Shown piece by piece: positions 18,936 through 27,436 of a stretch of 64,000 nt of DNA (the stretch's first letter is position 1; each line of letters opens with the position of its first letter). Made by a program: the position numbers and the translations under genes. The DNA is from a virus. Under the pieces are notes generated by a model that worked only from the letters and a program-made list of their open reading frames with translations, was not told the DNA's origin and ran no database searches. The stretch is from IMG/VR virus record IMGVR_UViG_3300038415_000014, positions 96,001 through 160,000 of that record; one strand, given 5' to 3'.

Positions 18936-19808
18936 TCAGACTCGTGTTACCACTAGCCTGGTGAGGCCCCGGGGGTTGAAGGCCCCAATGCCCACGTTCT
19001 CAAAACAAGAGAAACCGATTGTCCGGGCTTTCGGGTCGTCAGCCGACAGAACCGTCAGCTCAGTTCGAACCGGGAACCTGCCGAAGTTCTCGGGCTCCGA
19101 AGCGATGTAAACGAATCCGGCGGGGACCAACCTGCTCGTGATGATCTGGGCTCCCCATAGGGTTGCCTGGAGACCAGTCTTGAGTAGGACAGCCTGGCTC
19201 TCGATGTCTAGGATGTCACGACCGAACTTGCGGATGTCCGCGTAGTCCGTCGCGTTCATGTAGATACGAGCGACCCTAAGGTCGTGACGCTCTACCTCAG
19301 CAAAGGCATCCGCGAGGATGCTTTGGCTGATTGGAGCCACGACGTTGAGGTCGGGGTTCGTCTGACCTGGGAGGGTGTCGAAGCCGGAAACCGCGATCGA
19401 GTCAAGGACTGCGAACACGCGCTCATCTTCAGCGGCCTGGATCTGGGCTTTCGCCAAGTCCTGAGCGCGTTCGATGAGATCGAATCGGCGTTCCTTGATC
19501 TGAGTGAGGGGGATCTCGGGGTTCGAGGCAAGCTCGAACAACGGGAAAATTACGCGACGAGGTTTCTGTATGGCAAGTATGTTCTCACCCTCTTCACCAA
19601 CCACGTAGGCGGTGACGTCGGGATCCTTGTCATAGATGGGGAGAGCCCCGTCTGGGAGTTGTTCAACTAAGAAGGTCTTGCGACCCACAGCTGTGTAGTC
19701 CCTGCGGAGACGCAGAGGCTGAATCATCGAGGCGGCAAGCTTGGCTCGGCCAGCTGCGGTCTTGATGTACTCGGAGATGATCTGCTGCTTGATGTCGTTG
19801 CTAACCAC
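18936..19808 (-). CDS. Major capsid protein, HK97 fold (short, no delta domain)
   Basis: IQAAEDERVFAVLD, LADAFAEVERHDLRVARIYMN, LWGAQIITSRLVPAG pattern; follows scaffold and decoration genes and precedes a terminator. Confidence 0.8.
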   Translation of the reverse strand: MVSNDIKQQIISEYIKTAAGRAKLAASMIQPLRLRRDYTAVGRKTFLVEQLPDGALPIYDKDPDVTAYVVGEEGENILAIQKPRRVIFPLFELASNPEIPLTQIKERRFDLIERAQDLAKAQIQAAEDERVFAVLDSIAVSGFDTLPGQTNPDLNVVAPISQSILADAFAEVERHDLRVARIYMNATDYADIRKFGRDILDIESQAVLLKTGLQATLWGAQIITSRLVPAGFVYIASEPENFGRFPVRTELTVLSADDPKARTIGFSCFENVGIGAFNPRGLTRLVVTRV

Positions 19809-19837
19809 GGTAGTCTACCTTTCTAAGGGTTTTAGCC

Positions 19838-20473
19838 TCAGATCCTCATATCCAGGATCAACATGGGGGTGGTGGCATCGACAGCTGCCTTGAGAACACC
19901 AACGACCGTGGCAGTACCACTAAAGCCGTTTACTGTTTCCATGGCGTCAGCGAGGACGTTAGTGATCAACCCATTTACAGAAGCGTAAAGGAGATCACCA
20001 GGTGTATAGGTGATGAGGTTTCCCTTGGAAGCACCTAGTTGGACCTGAGTTTCGTAGACAGTCAGACCTACGCAAGACCCAGAGCCACAAACGTACGGGC
20101 CACGACCTGATGCTGGACCAGGTGTATTCTCGTAGGCATTTCCTGCTGCATCATTCAAGAAGATGCCAAGAGGGCGAAGGCCAGTTCCATAGCCTGAGGG
20201 AGGATCTCCTGGGCTGCTGGCGACGGGTCCACCAACCACGTTGTTGCCAGCGGCAGGACGTGTGAAGGCGATTGACCCTCCCAAAACACCAGTCTTCGTG
20301 ATGCCTGAGAGTGTAGTGCTTTTTTCTGACGAGCCCGTTACGACTGGAGGATTCAGTTGAGTGAAGGAGTCGCCCGTGAGGACACCCACGCTGTTGCGGG
20401 TGACGACATGGAACAACTGAACTCGACTACTGGTTTCCTTAAAGTCGCCCGAGCTTTGACCGTTCATGGACAT
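19838..20473 (-). CDS. Capsid decoration/cement-like protein
   Basis: Directly upstream of MCP; PLGIFLNDA and YTPGDLLYASVNGLITN motifs. Confidence 0.6.
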   Translation of the reverse strand: MSMNGQSSGDFKETSSRVQLFHVVTRNSVGVLTGDSFTQLNPPVVTGSSEKSTTLSGITKTGVLGGSIAFTRPAAGNNVVGGPVASSPGDPPSGYGTGLRPLGIFLNDAAGNAYENTPGPASGRGPYVCGSGSCVGLTVYETQVQLGASKGNLITYTPGDLLYASVNGLITNVLADAMETVNGFSGTATVVGVLKAAVDATTPMLILDMRI

Positions 20474-20559
20474 ATTTGAAATATTCCTGTTGGGTTAAAG
20501 GAGAGCTAACTTCATTCATCTACATCTAGGCAGTCACTGAAGACTGAGAGTTCTCTAGG

Positions 20560-20585
20560 AGGGGGGTCACTTGCGTAACCCCCTT
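20560..20585 (-). terminator. GNRA-capped hairpin after the scaffold gene
   Basis: Minus strand GGGGG-T-TAC-GCAA-GTG-A-CCCCC; no U-tract. Confidence 0.4.
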
Positions 20586-20597
20586 ACCTATGAGGAC

Positions 20598-22154
20598 TCA
20601 TTGATCCGTTCGCATACCGAACGCTTCACGTACGTCTGGAGCTGAGTTCCAGAGACTGGAGAGATCGGCGCCTTGTGAGGAAGCAGTTCGGTTTGATCCA
20701 CCAATCTGACTAACGCCAGCTGTTGGACGAGTTCCGACGGTCCTCATTGAAGCAGTTCGAGTGACGTGAGCTTGCTTCTGTTGCTGCTGCCCTTGATCCT
20801 GGTCTTGCTGACCAGCGGCTTCCTGAGCATTCTTGTATTCAGGGTTGCTTGCAAACAACTGACGAAGGGTGTCGTCTTCCTCTGGAGAGAGTTGGACTTC
20901 GCCAACATCCATACTTGGGGTGTCCAACTGGATGTCCATGTCAGCCACTGGCTCGATCTGACCCTGCTCGGCGAGCATCTGGTCGATCTCACTATTGCCC
21001 TGCTGCTGATACTGAGCTTGTTGCTGCTGCATCTGAGCCAAGCACTGTTGCGCAGCCTGAATCGGGTCCTGACCCTGTTGCATGGCTTGCTGAACCGCTT
21101 GCGCGACCTGCTGAGCCTGCGACTGTTGCTGCATCTGAGCCTGTTGCTGTTGCTGACCGGCTTGCTGTTGCTGACCGGCTTGCTGCTGCTGAGTCTGAGC
21201 CTGTTGCTGCTGCTGACCAGCCTGTTGCTGCTGCTGAGATTGAGCCAACTGCTGTTGAATCTGCTGAGCCTGCTGAAGCAACTGAGCGAGCTGTTGCTGC
21301 ATACCTTGCTGCTGCATCTCGGCTTGCTTCTGCTGACCCTGATCCTGTTGCTGCTGGTCTTGTTGAGCTTGCTTCTGCTGTTGCTGGCCCTGGTCCTGCT
21401 GACCCTGGTCTTGCTGAGCTTGCTTCTGCTGTTGCTGACCCTGATCCTGCTGACCCTGATCCTGCTGAGCTGACTTCTGCTGACCCTTGTCATCGTCCTT
21501 CTTGCCAGCTGCCTCGTCCTTCTTCTTCTGAATGTTCTCAAGGAACTGAGGTGGGATCTTACCAGCTTGTACCTGCTGACCCTGTTGCTGCTGATCCTGC
21601 TGGGCAGCTTGTACCTGTTGCTGCTGATCCTGCTGATCCTGCTGGGCTGCCTGTACCTGCTGCTGCTGATCCTGCTGATCCTGATCCTGAGCTGCGAGGC
21701 GAGTGTAGGTAGCCATCACCTCAGTATCGGGTAGATACATGAGGGAGAACCCCTGGTCCTCGATTTCGACTGGAGAAGCGGTCTTGGGTAGCATCTTGCG
21801 GGCGATTGCCACGCAAAGAGCTGCCTTCTTCGTAATGACTTCTTCAGTAGCCGTTTTCTCGGCGTGGTTGAAAGTATCTCCCCTCATCTCAGGCATGCCG
21901 ATCTCGTTCCGTCGCACCTGGCCATTGGCATACTCGGCTTCCCAAGTACCAGCGGCTGGGTGAACATCTTCAGCAAAATCCGAAGGGTTACCAATGACAT
22001 AATCATCGGCAGCGGGCTGCTGATTGACGTGATCTTGATTCATCAGATAGGGGTCGGCAACTTTCAAACCAGCCCTCTTGGCGATTGCATTTACGTTCCA
22101 AGTTGAGCGCTCACGAGGCATGGAGGAGATCCTTTCCTTAGTTCGAGAAGCCAT
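20598..22154 (-). CDS. Probable capsid scaffolding protein with Gln-rich core
   Basis: Between protease and decoration/MCP genes; about 230-aa poly-Q/QD region. Confidence 0.65.
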   Translation of the reverse strand: MASRTKERISSMPRERSTWNVNAIAKRAGLKVADPYLMNQDHVNQQPAADDYVIGNPSDFAEDVHPAAGTWEAEYANGQVRRNEIGMPEMRGDTFNHAEKTATEEVITKKAALCVAIARKMLPKTASPVEIEDQGFSLMYLPDTEVMATYTRLAAQDQDQQDQQQQVQAAQQDQQDQQQQVQAAQQDQQQQGQQVQAGKIPPQFLENIQKKKDEAAGKKDDDKGQQKSAQQDQGQQDQGQQQQKQAQQDQGQQDQGQQQQKQAQQDQQQQDQGQQKQAEMQQQGMQQQLAQLLQQAQQIQQQLAQSQQQQQAGQQQQQAQTQQQQAGQQQQAGQQQQQAQMQQQSQAQQVAQAVQQAMQQGQDPIQAAQQCLAQMQQQQAQYQQQGNSEIDQMLAEQGQIEPVADMDIQLDTPSMDVGEVQLSPEEDDTLRQLFASNPEYKNAQEAAGQQDQDQGQQQQKQAHVTRTASMRTVGTRPTAGVSQIGGSNRTASSQGADLSSLWNSAPDVREAFGMRTDQ

Positions 22155-22163
22155 ATAAGAACT

Positions 22164-25088
22164 TCATCGAAGTCCGAGAGAGAACAATTTACCTTTGGTG
22201 ACCAATTGAACCATCTCAGAGTTAGTGAGGGTTCGGCCCAGTACCTCACGACAAGCCGCAAGGTAACTATCTACATCTGGATATGAGGCCGTCCCGCCTA
22301 GAGCGATCACGGTCCTATAAATTCGAGCATCGCCCGCCATTGAGGATTTCTTTTCGGTCCTCTCTATGAGGCGATTCATGACGAGAATTTCTCGCCCTGA
22401 GAATCTATTTGCTTTGCCTACAGCTTCCCACCCACCCATGTCATGCAGGATCAACCCTGCTAGAACACTTCTAGCTTTGGATGGGTCTTTAACGTTGGCT
22501 AGTACCATTTTAGATCGCTCACGCCACTTGGCGTAACGTAGAGCTGACTTGATAAGAGATTCATTGGACCTATTCTCGTCCAAGGTACTCTCCTCTCCCT
22601 TGTCGGAGTCGGAGATGTCTTTCTTGACCTTGTTAGTGACCTCGTCGACCAGAGAATGGTACAAATCATTGATGACTTGTTTGAAGGGTCGTGTTGAATC
22701 CTCAGTAGATGGAGTAGAGGAAGGTGAGCCCCCCATTTCAGATTGACCAGGGAAATCCTGCTGAGCAGAATTGATCCGAGCCCTGGGTGCGTCTTTAATC
22801 TGTTGTAGACGCGACCTGTGAGCCTCAGCAGCCCGAGCGGTACCCGAGAATGGTGGGGGTACGCGAAGGGCTCCTAGCGATGGACCGTCGTGCAGATACG
22901 CTAGGTAGTCAGCAGGCTTGGCTACAGCTCCAACCCCAATGGGGGCGAGGCGAGCGGCCTTCTGCATGAGGTTAGGGTCGAAGACCTCTGTGGGTCGCAT
23001 GTACGCGACCTGAATCTTGTGGCGGGCGGCCTCAGCCAACTCGGCTGTCTTCGGGTCGAGGATGGACCTTAATACAGCTCCGGAGAATGCCGGGTGTGCT
23101 ACCCATGAGCCCTCTATGAACTTGACGGACCCGGGTTCCTTGGTGATGTGCCCGCAAAGCTCAGCTATCTTGCGACGCTGACCCTTGGCATCGAGGAACC
23201 AGTTGCCTTTCTCATACTTGATGTGACGGCATAACTGGGTTTCATCCTCGGCTACGTTGCCACACTTGGTACAGATGGTGAAGCTGACGTGGCAATTCCC
23301 AACAGCTACCCCACCAACCTGGTAGGAATGATCCTCTTCCACCTCTATGTTGTAAACGGCCCCTTCATACTGGAAGGGTTCAATACCAGTGATGGGGAAG
23401 ATCACAATATCATCAAGAACACGTAAATGGCGATCGTGTACCTGAGTCGGAGCCTTTGCGCAAACCCCAAGCAATGGATCTGAGGCTGACTTTGAGAACA
23501 TCAGATTGAAATGAGCTAGTTTCCCAGTATCTGGGTGACGAATAGACTCACCATTAACAACGGCCACCTCAATCGTAGAAGCCCCACCCCCAAAAAAACA
23601 CTCAATTCTAGCTGGCAGGTCACATTGGATTGCTAGAAGATGAAGCTGACAAATCAGGTCGTAAGAGGTCGTAGTACCAGCTACTGAACCACTTACCTGG
23701 AGACCGCCATCACCATTCAACCAAGCCCCTAGTATATTTCTGTGGGACTCCGCTGACCACTGCATAGCCTCTGAACTCAGATGCTTCCGATGACTATACT
23801 CACCACCATGCTTTTTGAACCAGGATACTAGATTCTTCCCAGTGACATGAACAACACAGGTACATCGATCAACTCTGTCCTGAACCCATGGGATACAGCC
23901 AGGGAAAGATTCTTTGAGTAGCTGAACTGTCTCTTCAACTAGGGTCAACCTCTCAGTCAGGGAGAAGTTGAACTGAACCTCTACAGGATTACCTCTCTTC
24001 TTTAGAAAAGAACCCTCAGCCAAAAAGTACCCGAGAAGTCTCGCCCGAGCTACCCCAGGGTCCCCAACCACCTCTGTAGAGAGCTTTGGGAATACAACGT
24101 AATCCCCAACCTGGAGTTCATCTGATCTAAGCTTTTCAATCTTTAGCGAGGATATCTCTTCAAGCTGACGTTTTCGATCCCTGGCCTCTTCAATAGAGTA
24201 GCTACCGTTAGGATTCAGGACACGAAGCTGATGCCCAACCCTAAACCTCTTAGTCATTCTACGAACTGGGTCACGGTCACTCACTTCCAAAGTCTGACCA
24301 CAACCACAAGCACAAGTCCTAGATGGACGTACTACGTAGAACGGGTGGTTATCTGTAGTGGGTATTGCATCTGGTATCCCAACTACTTTGATACGACGCA
24401 TCCCCCACTTACCGATGTGTATCTGCTGATTCAGGACTTCACGGGATCTACCCTTGTGAGTCAGAACCATCTCCCCAGGCATAACATCTTTGATTGAAAC
24501 CCGCCGACCATCTGCCAAAGTAACGGGGGCTTCTGGTAAGAAGCAACCCATACTCAAAGTACTGAGCTGGCCACTCGTGATAGCTTCAATGAGAGACTTG
24601 TGCTTGCGGTCGGTCGCAATGAGAATGTCAACGTAGACGGACTCCCCGATGTCCCGAGCGGCGGCGTCAATGATCTTGCCCTTGGACAGCTCTGGGATCT
24701 GGATGTGCTCGACGTAGTTCTCACCACCTATGAAGGTACGGAAGGACGCGAGTAGTAGCTTGCGCTCCCAACAGTCCTGGTTGTTGTTAACATACTTGGC
24801 TGTACCCGTAGTTACATAGAAATCCGGGAACTGCCTATTAATCTGAAGTCCATCAAACATCTGGTTACCAGTAGGCAACCCAGGCTTCTCGGTATCCACC
24901 GAGGCAATGATGGTACAATGACTTAGGAGGTACTGGGCAGGGTCATACTGTTGAAGTATGATCTGAGACGCTCTCCGTACCTCGAAGGTAGGGGCAGGGG
25001 CGAAAGCCTTCGAACGAACATCGTCCCACCCAGCTTGAGTGATAACTGGGTTCGTAAATGTAGCTTTGGCGTACTTGGAGAAACCCAT
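22164..25088 (-). CDS. Prohead maturation protease precursor interrupted by an intein
   Basis: Exteins NNNQD...YVEH...LSMG|CHVSFTICTKCG...FIEGSWVAHPAF; start at ATG 25088 (TAATG overlap with upstream gene). Confidence 0.72.
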   Translation of the reverse strand: MGFSKYAKATFTNPVITQAGWDDVRSKAFAPAPTFEVRRASQIILQQYDPAQYLLSHCTIIASVDTEKPGLPTGNQMFDGLQINRQFPDFYVTTGTAKYVNNNQDCWERKLLLASFRTFIGGENYVEHIQIPELSKGKIIDAAARDIGESVYVDILIATDRKHKSLIEAITSGQLSTLSMGCFLPEAPVTLADGRRVSIKDVMPGEMVLTHKGRSREVLNQQIHIGKWGMRRIKVVGIPDAIPTTDNHPFYVVRPSRTCACGCGQTLEVSDRDPVRRMTKRFRVGHQLRVLNPNGSYSIEEARDRKRQLEEISSLKIEKLRSDELQVGDYVVFPKLSTEVVGDPGVARARLLGYFLAEGSFLKKRGNPVEVQFNFSLTERLTLVEETVQLLKESFPGCIPWVQDRVDRCTCVVHVTGKNLVSWFKKHGGEYSHRKHLSSEAMQWSAESHRNILGAWLNGDGGLQVSGSVAGTTTSYDLICQLHLLAIQCDLPARIECFFGGGASTIEVAVVNGESIRHPDTGKLAHFNLMFSKSASDPLLGVCAKAPTQVHDRHLRVLDDIVIFPITGIEPFQYEGAVYNIEVEEDHSYQVGGVAVGNCHVSFTICTKCGNVAEDETQLCRHIKYEKGNWFLDAKGQRRKIAELCGHITKEPGSVKFIEGSWVAHPAFSGAVLRSILDPKTAELAEAARHKIQVAYMRPTEVFDPNLMQKAARLAPIGVGAVAKPADYLAYLHDGPSLGALRVPPPFSGTARAAEAHRSRLQQIKDAPRARINSAQQDFPGQSEMGGSPSSTPSTEDSTRPFKQVINDLYHSLVDEVTNKVKKDISDSDKGEESTLDENRSNESLIKSALRYAKWRERSKMVLANVKDPSKARSVLAGLILHDMGGWEAVGKANRFSGREILVMNRLIERTEKKSSMAGDARIYRTVIALGGTASYPDVDSYLAACREVLGRTLTNSEMVQLVTKGKLFSLGLR
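23295..24545 (-). mobile_element. Intein (417 aa) with LAGLIDADG endonuclease
   Basis: Block A CFLPEAPVTLADG, block B TTDNHPFYV, LLGYFLAEG and LGAWLNGDG, block F VYNIEVEEDHSY, terminal GN followed by Cys+1. Confidence 0.92.
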
Positions 25089-25819
25089 TAGGTGGCCCCT
25101 ACTCCAAACCATTGATGAGGTTCACCACTGGGTCCCAGCACAGAGACAGGATCAATGATGTACAAGCATTTGGGACAAGCGAAGACCTTATGGCGAGCGC
25201 CCTCCTGCATTCTGTAGGTAGAACGTCTCATCCGGTTCGAGCACTTGGGACATGAGGGGCGACCCGCCTTGATGTCCTGAGTCGTAGCTCGATACTGCCT
25301 GTTCTGGGATATCCAGTAAGCGGCAGACTTCTGAAGGTGACCTTGGATTCGAAGCTCACCCGCATTATGTGCAAACGAATAGAACTTGGCTACCTCTGTT
25401 CGGAGGGCATCATCATCCACGTTGGGGTAAAGAGCGCGATAGAGGTTATCATATGCGATGACCTCGCTCGCGCCCTTATGCCAATGTTTGGCCAGATCTA
25501 CATAGATCGAGGGCTGGAACTGCTTACTCCAGAGGGAATTTGAGGAAGCTTCCTTCCTAGCCCTCTCGATTTCTACAGTCATGTAGCTTTGATCAAACTG
25601 AGGAGGCAAGTACTTGATGAACTTAGGTGACACCCTAACAATGTCATCCGGAAACACGCGCTCGTTACCGAATGGCCATTGGACATCGAGTACGCCAAGA
25701 CCCTTGTGGACGGCGGTGACCGTACCAACATAGGGAGAGAGATCCCCATCGATGACGTCGATCTTTTGGACCACATCACCTTGGTTGAACTCTTTTGTTA
25801 GCTTCCAATAGTCGATCAT
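25088..25819 (-). CDS. SH3-like plus C-terminal zinc-ribbon protein
   Basis: GDVVQK...VGTVTAV...VQWP; CPKC...FACPKC; start at ATG 25819 (ATGA overlap). Confidence 0.55.
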   Translation of the reverse strand: MIDYWKLTKEFNQGDVVQKIDVIDGDLSPYVGTVTAVHKGLGVLDVQWPFGNERVFPDDIVRVSPKFIKYLPPQFDQSYMTVEIERARKEASSNSLWSKQFQPSIYVDLAKHWHKGASEVIAYDNLYRALYPNVDDDALRTEVAKFYSFAHNAGELRIQGHLQKSAAYWISQNRQYRATTQDIKAGRPSCPKCSNRMRRSTYRMQEGARHKVFACPKCLYIIDPVSVLGPSGEPHQWFGVGAT

Positions 25820-26295
25820 TGAAACCCGTCCCGCCACCTATTCAAGTAGGTGATAGCTGAGGTCAACAGCTCAACATCATCCTTGGCGTTACCAAGCACT
25901 CGATTACAACGGTTATGAATCAATCCTCTAACGCACTTCCCGCAAGACCCGTATCCAGGGCAACAGTTCTGATCATGGTCAATAGTGACGGACATCGGCT
26001 TCTGACCCCTTGGAAGCATTGGTTTTCCGCACATAAGGCATAAACCACCTTGTTTCTCCCAAAGGGCATTGAAGTCGACATTGTAGTTAGTATTGCGCTT
26101 GATCCGTAGATACTTGGTAGGGTCTGCCGACTGCCAATTACAAACACGCTTGGACTCACACGATTTGCAGGCGGCTACTAAACCATCCTTGTTCCTGGAG
26201 TCCCTTGTGAAGTCATCCGGGACGACCTTATCCAAACCACAGACGGAACACGCCTTGGTTGGTTTCTGGTCTGCTCCAAGATGGGTATCCATCAC
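25816..26295 (-). CDS. Endonuclease VII-like homing endonuclease
   Basis: CSVC...CKSC, QGGLCLMC, IDHDQ, VRGLIHNRCNRVLG...AITYL. Confidence 0.8.
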   Translation of the reverse strand: MMDTHLGADQKPTKACSVCGLDKVVPDDFTRDSRNKDGLVAACKSCESKRVCNWQSADPTKYLRIKRNTNYNVDFNALWEKQGGLCLMCGKPMLPRGQKPMSVTIDHDQNCCPGYGSCGKCVRGLIHNRCNRVLGNAKDDVELLTSAITYLNRWRDGFQ

Positions 26296-26303
26296 TTAGG
26301 TCC

Positions 26304-27383
26304 TTACGGAGCGAGAGGGCGACCGGTGGTGGACTTGCCAGTTTCTACCGCCTGGCTCTGATCATCCTTGAACAAGCTCATGTACTGGTTCTCGTCGGCA
26401 TCCGTCTGGATGGGAGCCATCGGAGCATTGAAGGTATCCATGTAGCTCTCATCTGAGTCCTTCTGGAGAACCTTGGCTTGCTTGAGAACATGGACCTGGC
26501 GCTTGAACATACTTTCGGGTCCGTAAGCATGGAACTCGACCTCGTCAGCAACCTTGTCGATCTCATTGACGACAGCTCGGGCCGCTTCAAAGTTCATCCC
26601 CCACTTTTCATGGTTATCCTGGATGACCTGAGCAATACGGTCTAGACGAGCAAGAACTTTGCTGGCTTCTTCCTGAGCAAACTTAGCAGTCATGTCATTT
26701 CCCTCTGGGGTTCTAGTTGAGGATTCGTGTACCGTTAGTAGGGGATTTGTTTGAGTTTCCCCCGCTAACTTAGCTAAAAGCATGTTGTATAGGTCTGCAT
26801 TCACTACAGCGCTGTAACGACCGTCCCCTGCAGATCGAATGGCTAGATCTAAGGCAGCTCGAAATCGAGCATCGGGGACCATTCCCTCAATCGCCTTTGA
26901 TAGGACTGATTGCTTTAGCCACTCTCGCGCGGAGGCAAGAAGAAGATCATAGTCCTTTGCAGTCAAGTCCCGAACAGCACCTTGTTCCCACCCAACATAA
27001 GGTGCGAACCCTTCATGACCTGCGGGATATGGCTCAATACCGTGATACATTGAGGTCCTTTGGGGTTGTTGGTCAGAGTCGTTTATCAGCATGGATGCAT
27101 CCACCTGTGCTTTGACCAAGGGATAAGAAGAATAGGGGTTGGTTTCCTGAGCCCTGACGGCTTGCTGAACCAGCCTACGAAAGTTCTTCGCTGACCCACC
27201 AATTTCCCTTCGATTCTTTGATAGATCCTTGTCGCTCTTGCTCAAGTCTGGATCTCGTTCAGCATCCATCTGCTCTCGACGTCGGTCGTGACGAGGAGGC
27301 TTGTCCTTTGGCAAGGGATGGACGAGGCGTTCAACCTCTTCATCCTCACGCTCGTGGAGCTCCTTGGTGCTTGTAACTTCCAT
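26304..27383 (-). CDS. Hypothetical, probable head-associated protein
   Basis: 359 aa between portal and protease. Confidence 0.5.
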   Translation of the reverse strand: MEVTSTKELHEREDEEVERLVHPLPKDKPPRHDRRREQMDAERDPDLSKSDKDLSKNRREIGGSAKNFRRLVQQAVRAQETNPYSSYPLVKAQVDASMLINDSDQQPQRTSMYHGIEPYPAGHEGFAPYVGWEQGAVRDLTAKDYDLLLASAREWLKQSVLSKAIEGMVPDARFRAALDLAIRSAGDGRYSAVVNADLYNMLLAKLAGETQTNPLLTVHESSTRTPEGNDMTAKFAQEEASKVLARLDRIAQVIQDNHEKWGMNFEAARAVVNEIDKVADEVEFHAYGPESMFKRQVHVLKQAKVLQKDSDESYMDTFNAPMAPIQTDADENQYMSLFKDDQSQAVETGKSTTGRPLAP

Positions 27384-27436
27384 AACCTGTTTTGGTCAGA
27401 CCCTATCTAGTCCGAACCCAAAAGGACTATTGGAGG

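Noticed and set aside
18936-19808. Encapsulin nanocompartment
   Set aside because: The short HK97 fold resembles encapsulins, but the portal, terminase, protease, scaffold and decoration context indicates a phage major capsid protein.
20744-21712. Leu-rich (20766..21473 +), Ala/Pro-rich (20849..21712 +) and Ser/Arg-rich (20744..21541 -) ORFs
   Set aside because: Shadow frames of the CAG/CAA repeats of the poly-Q scaffold; the repeats simply lack stops.
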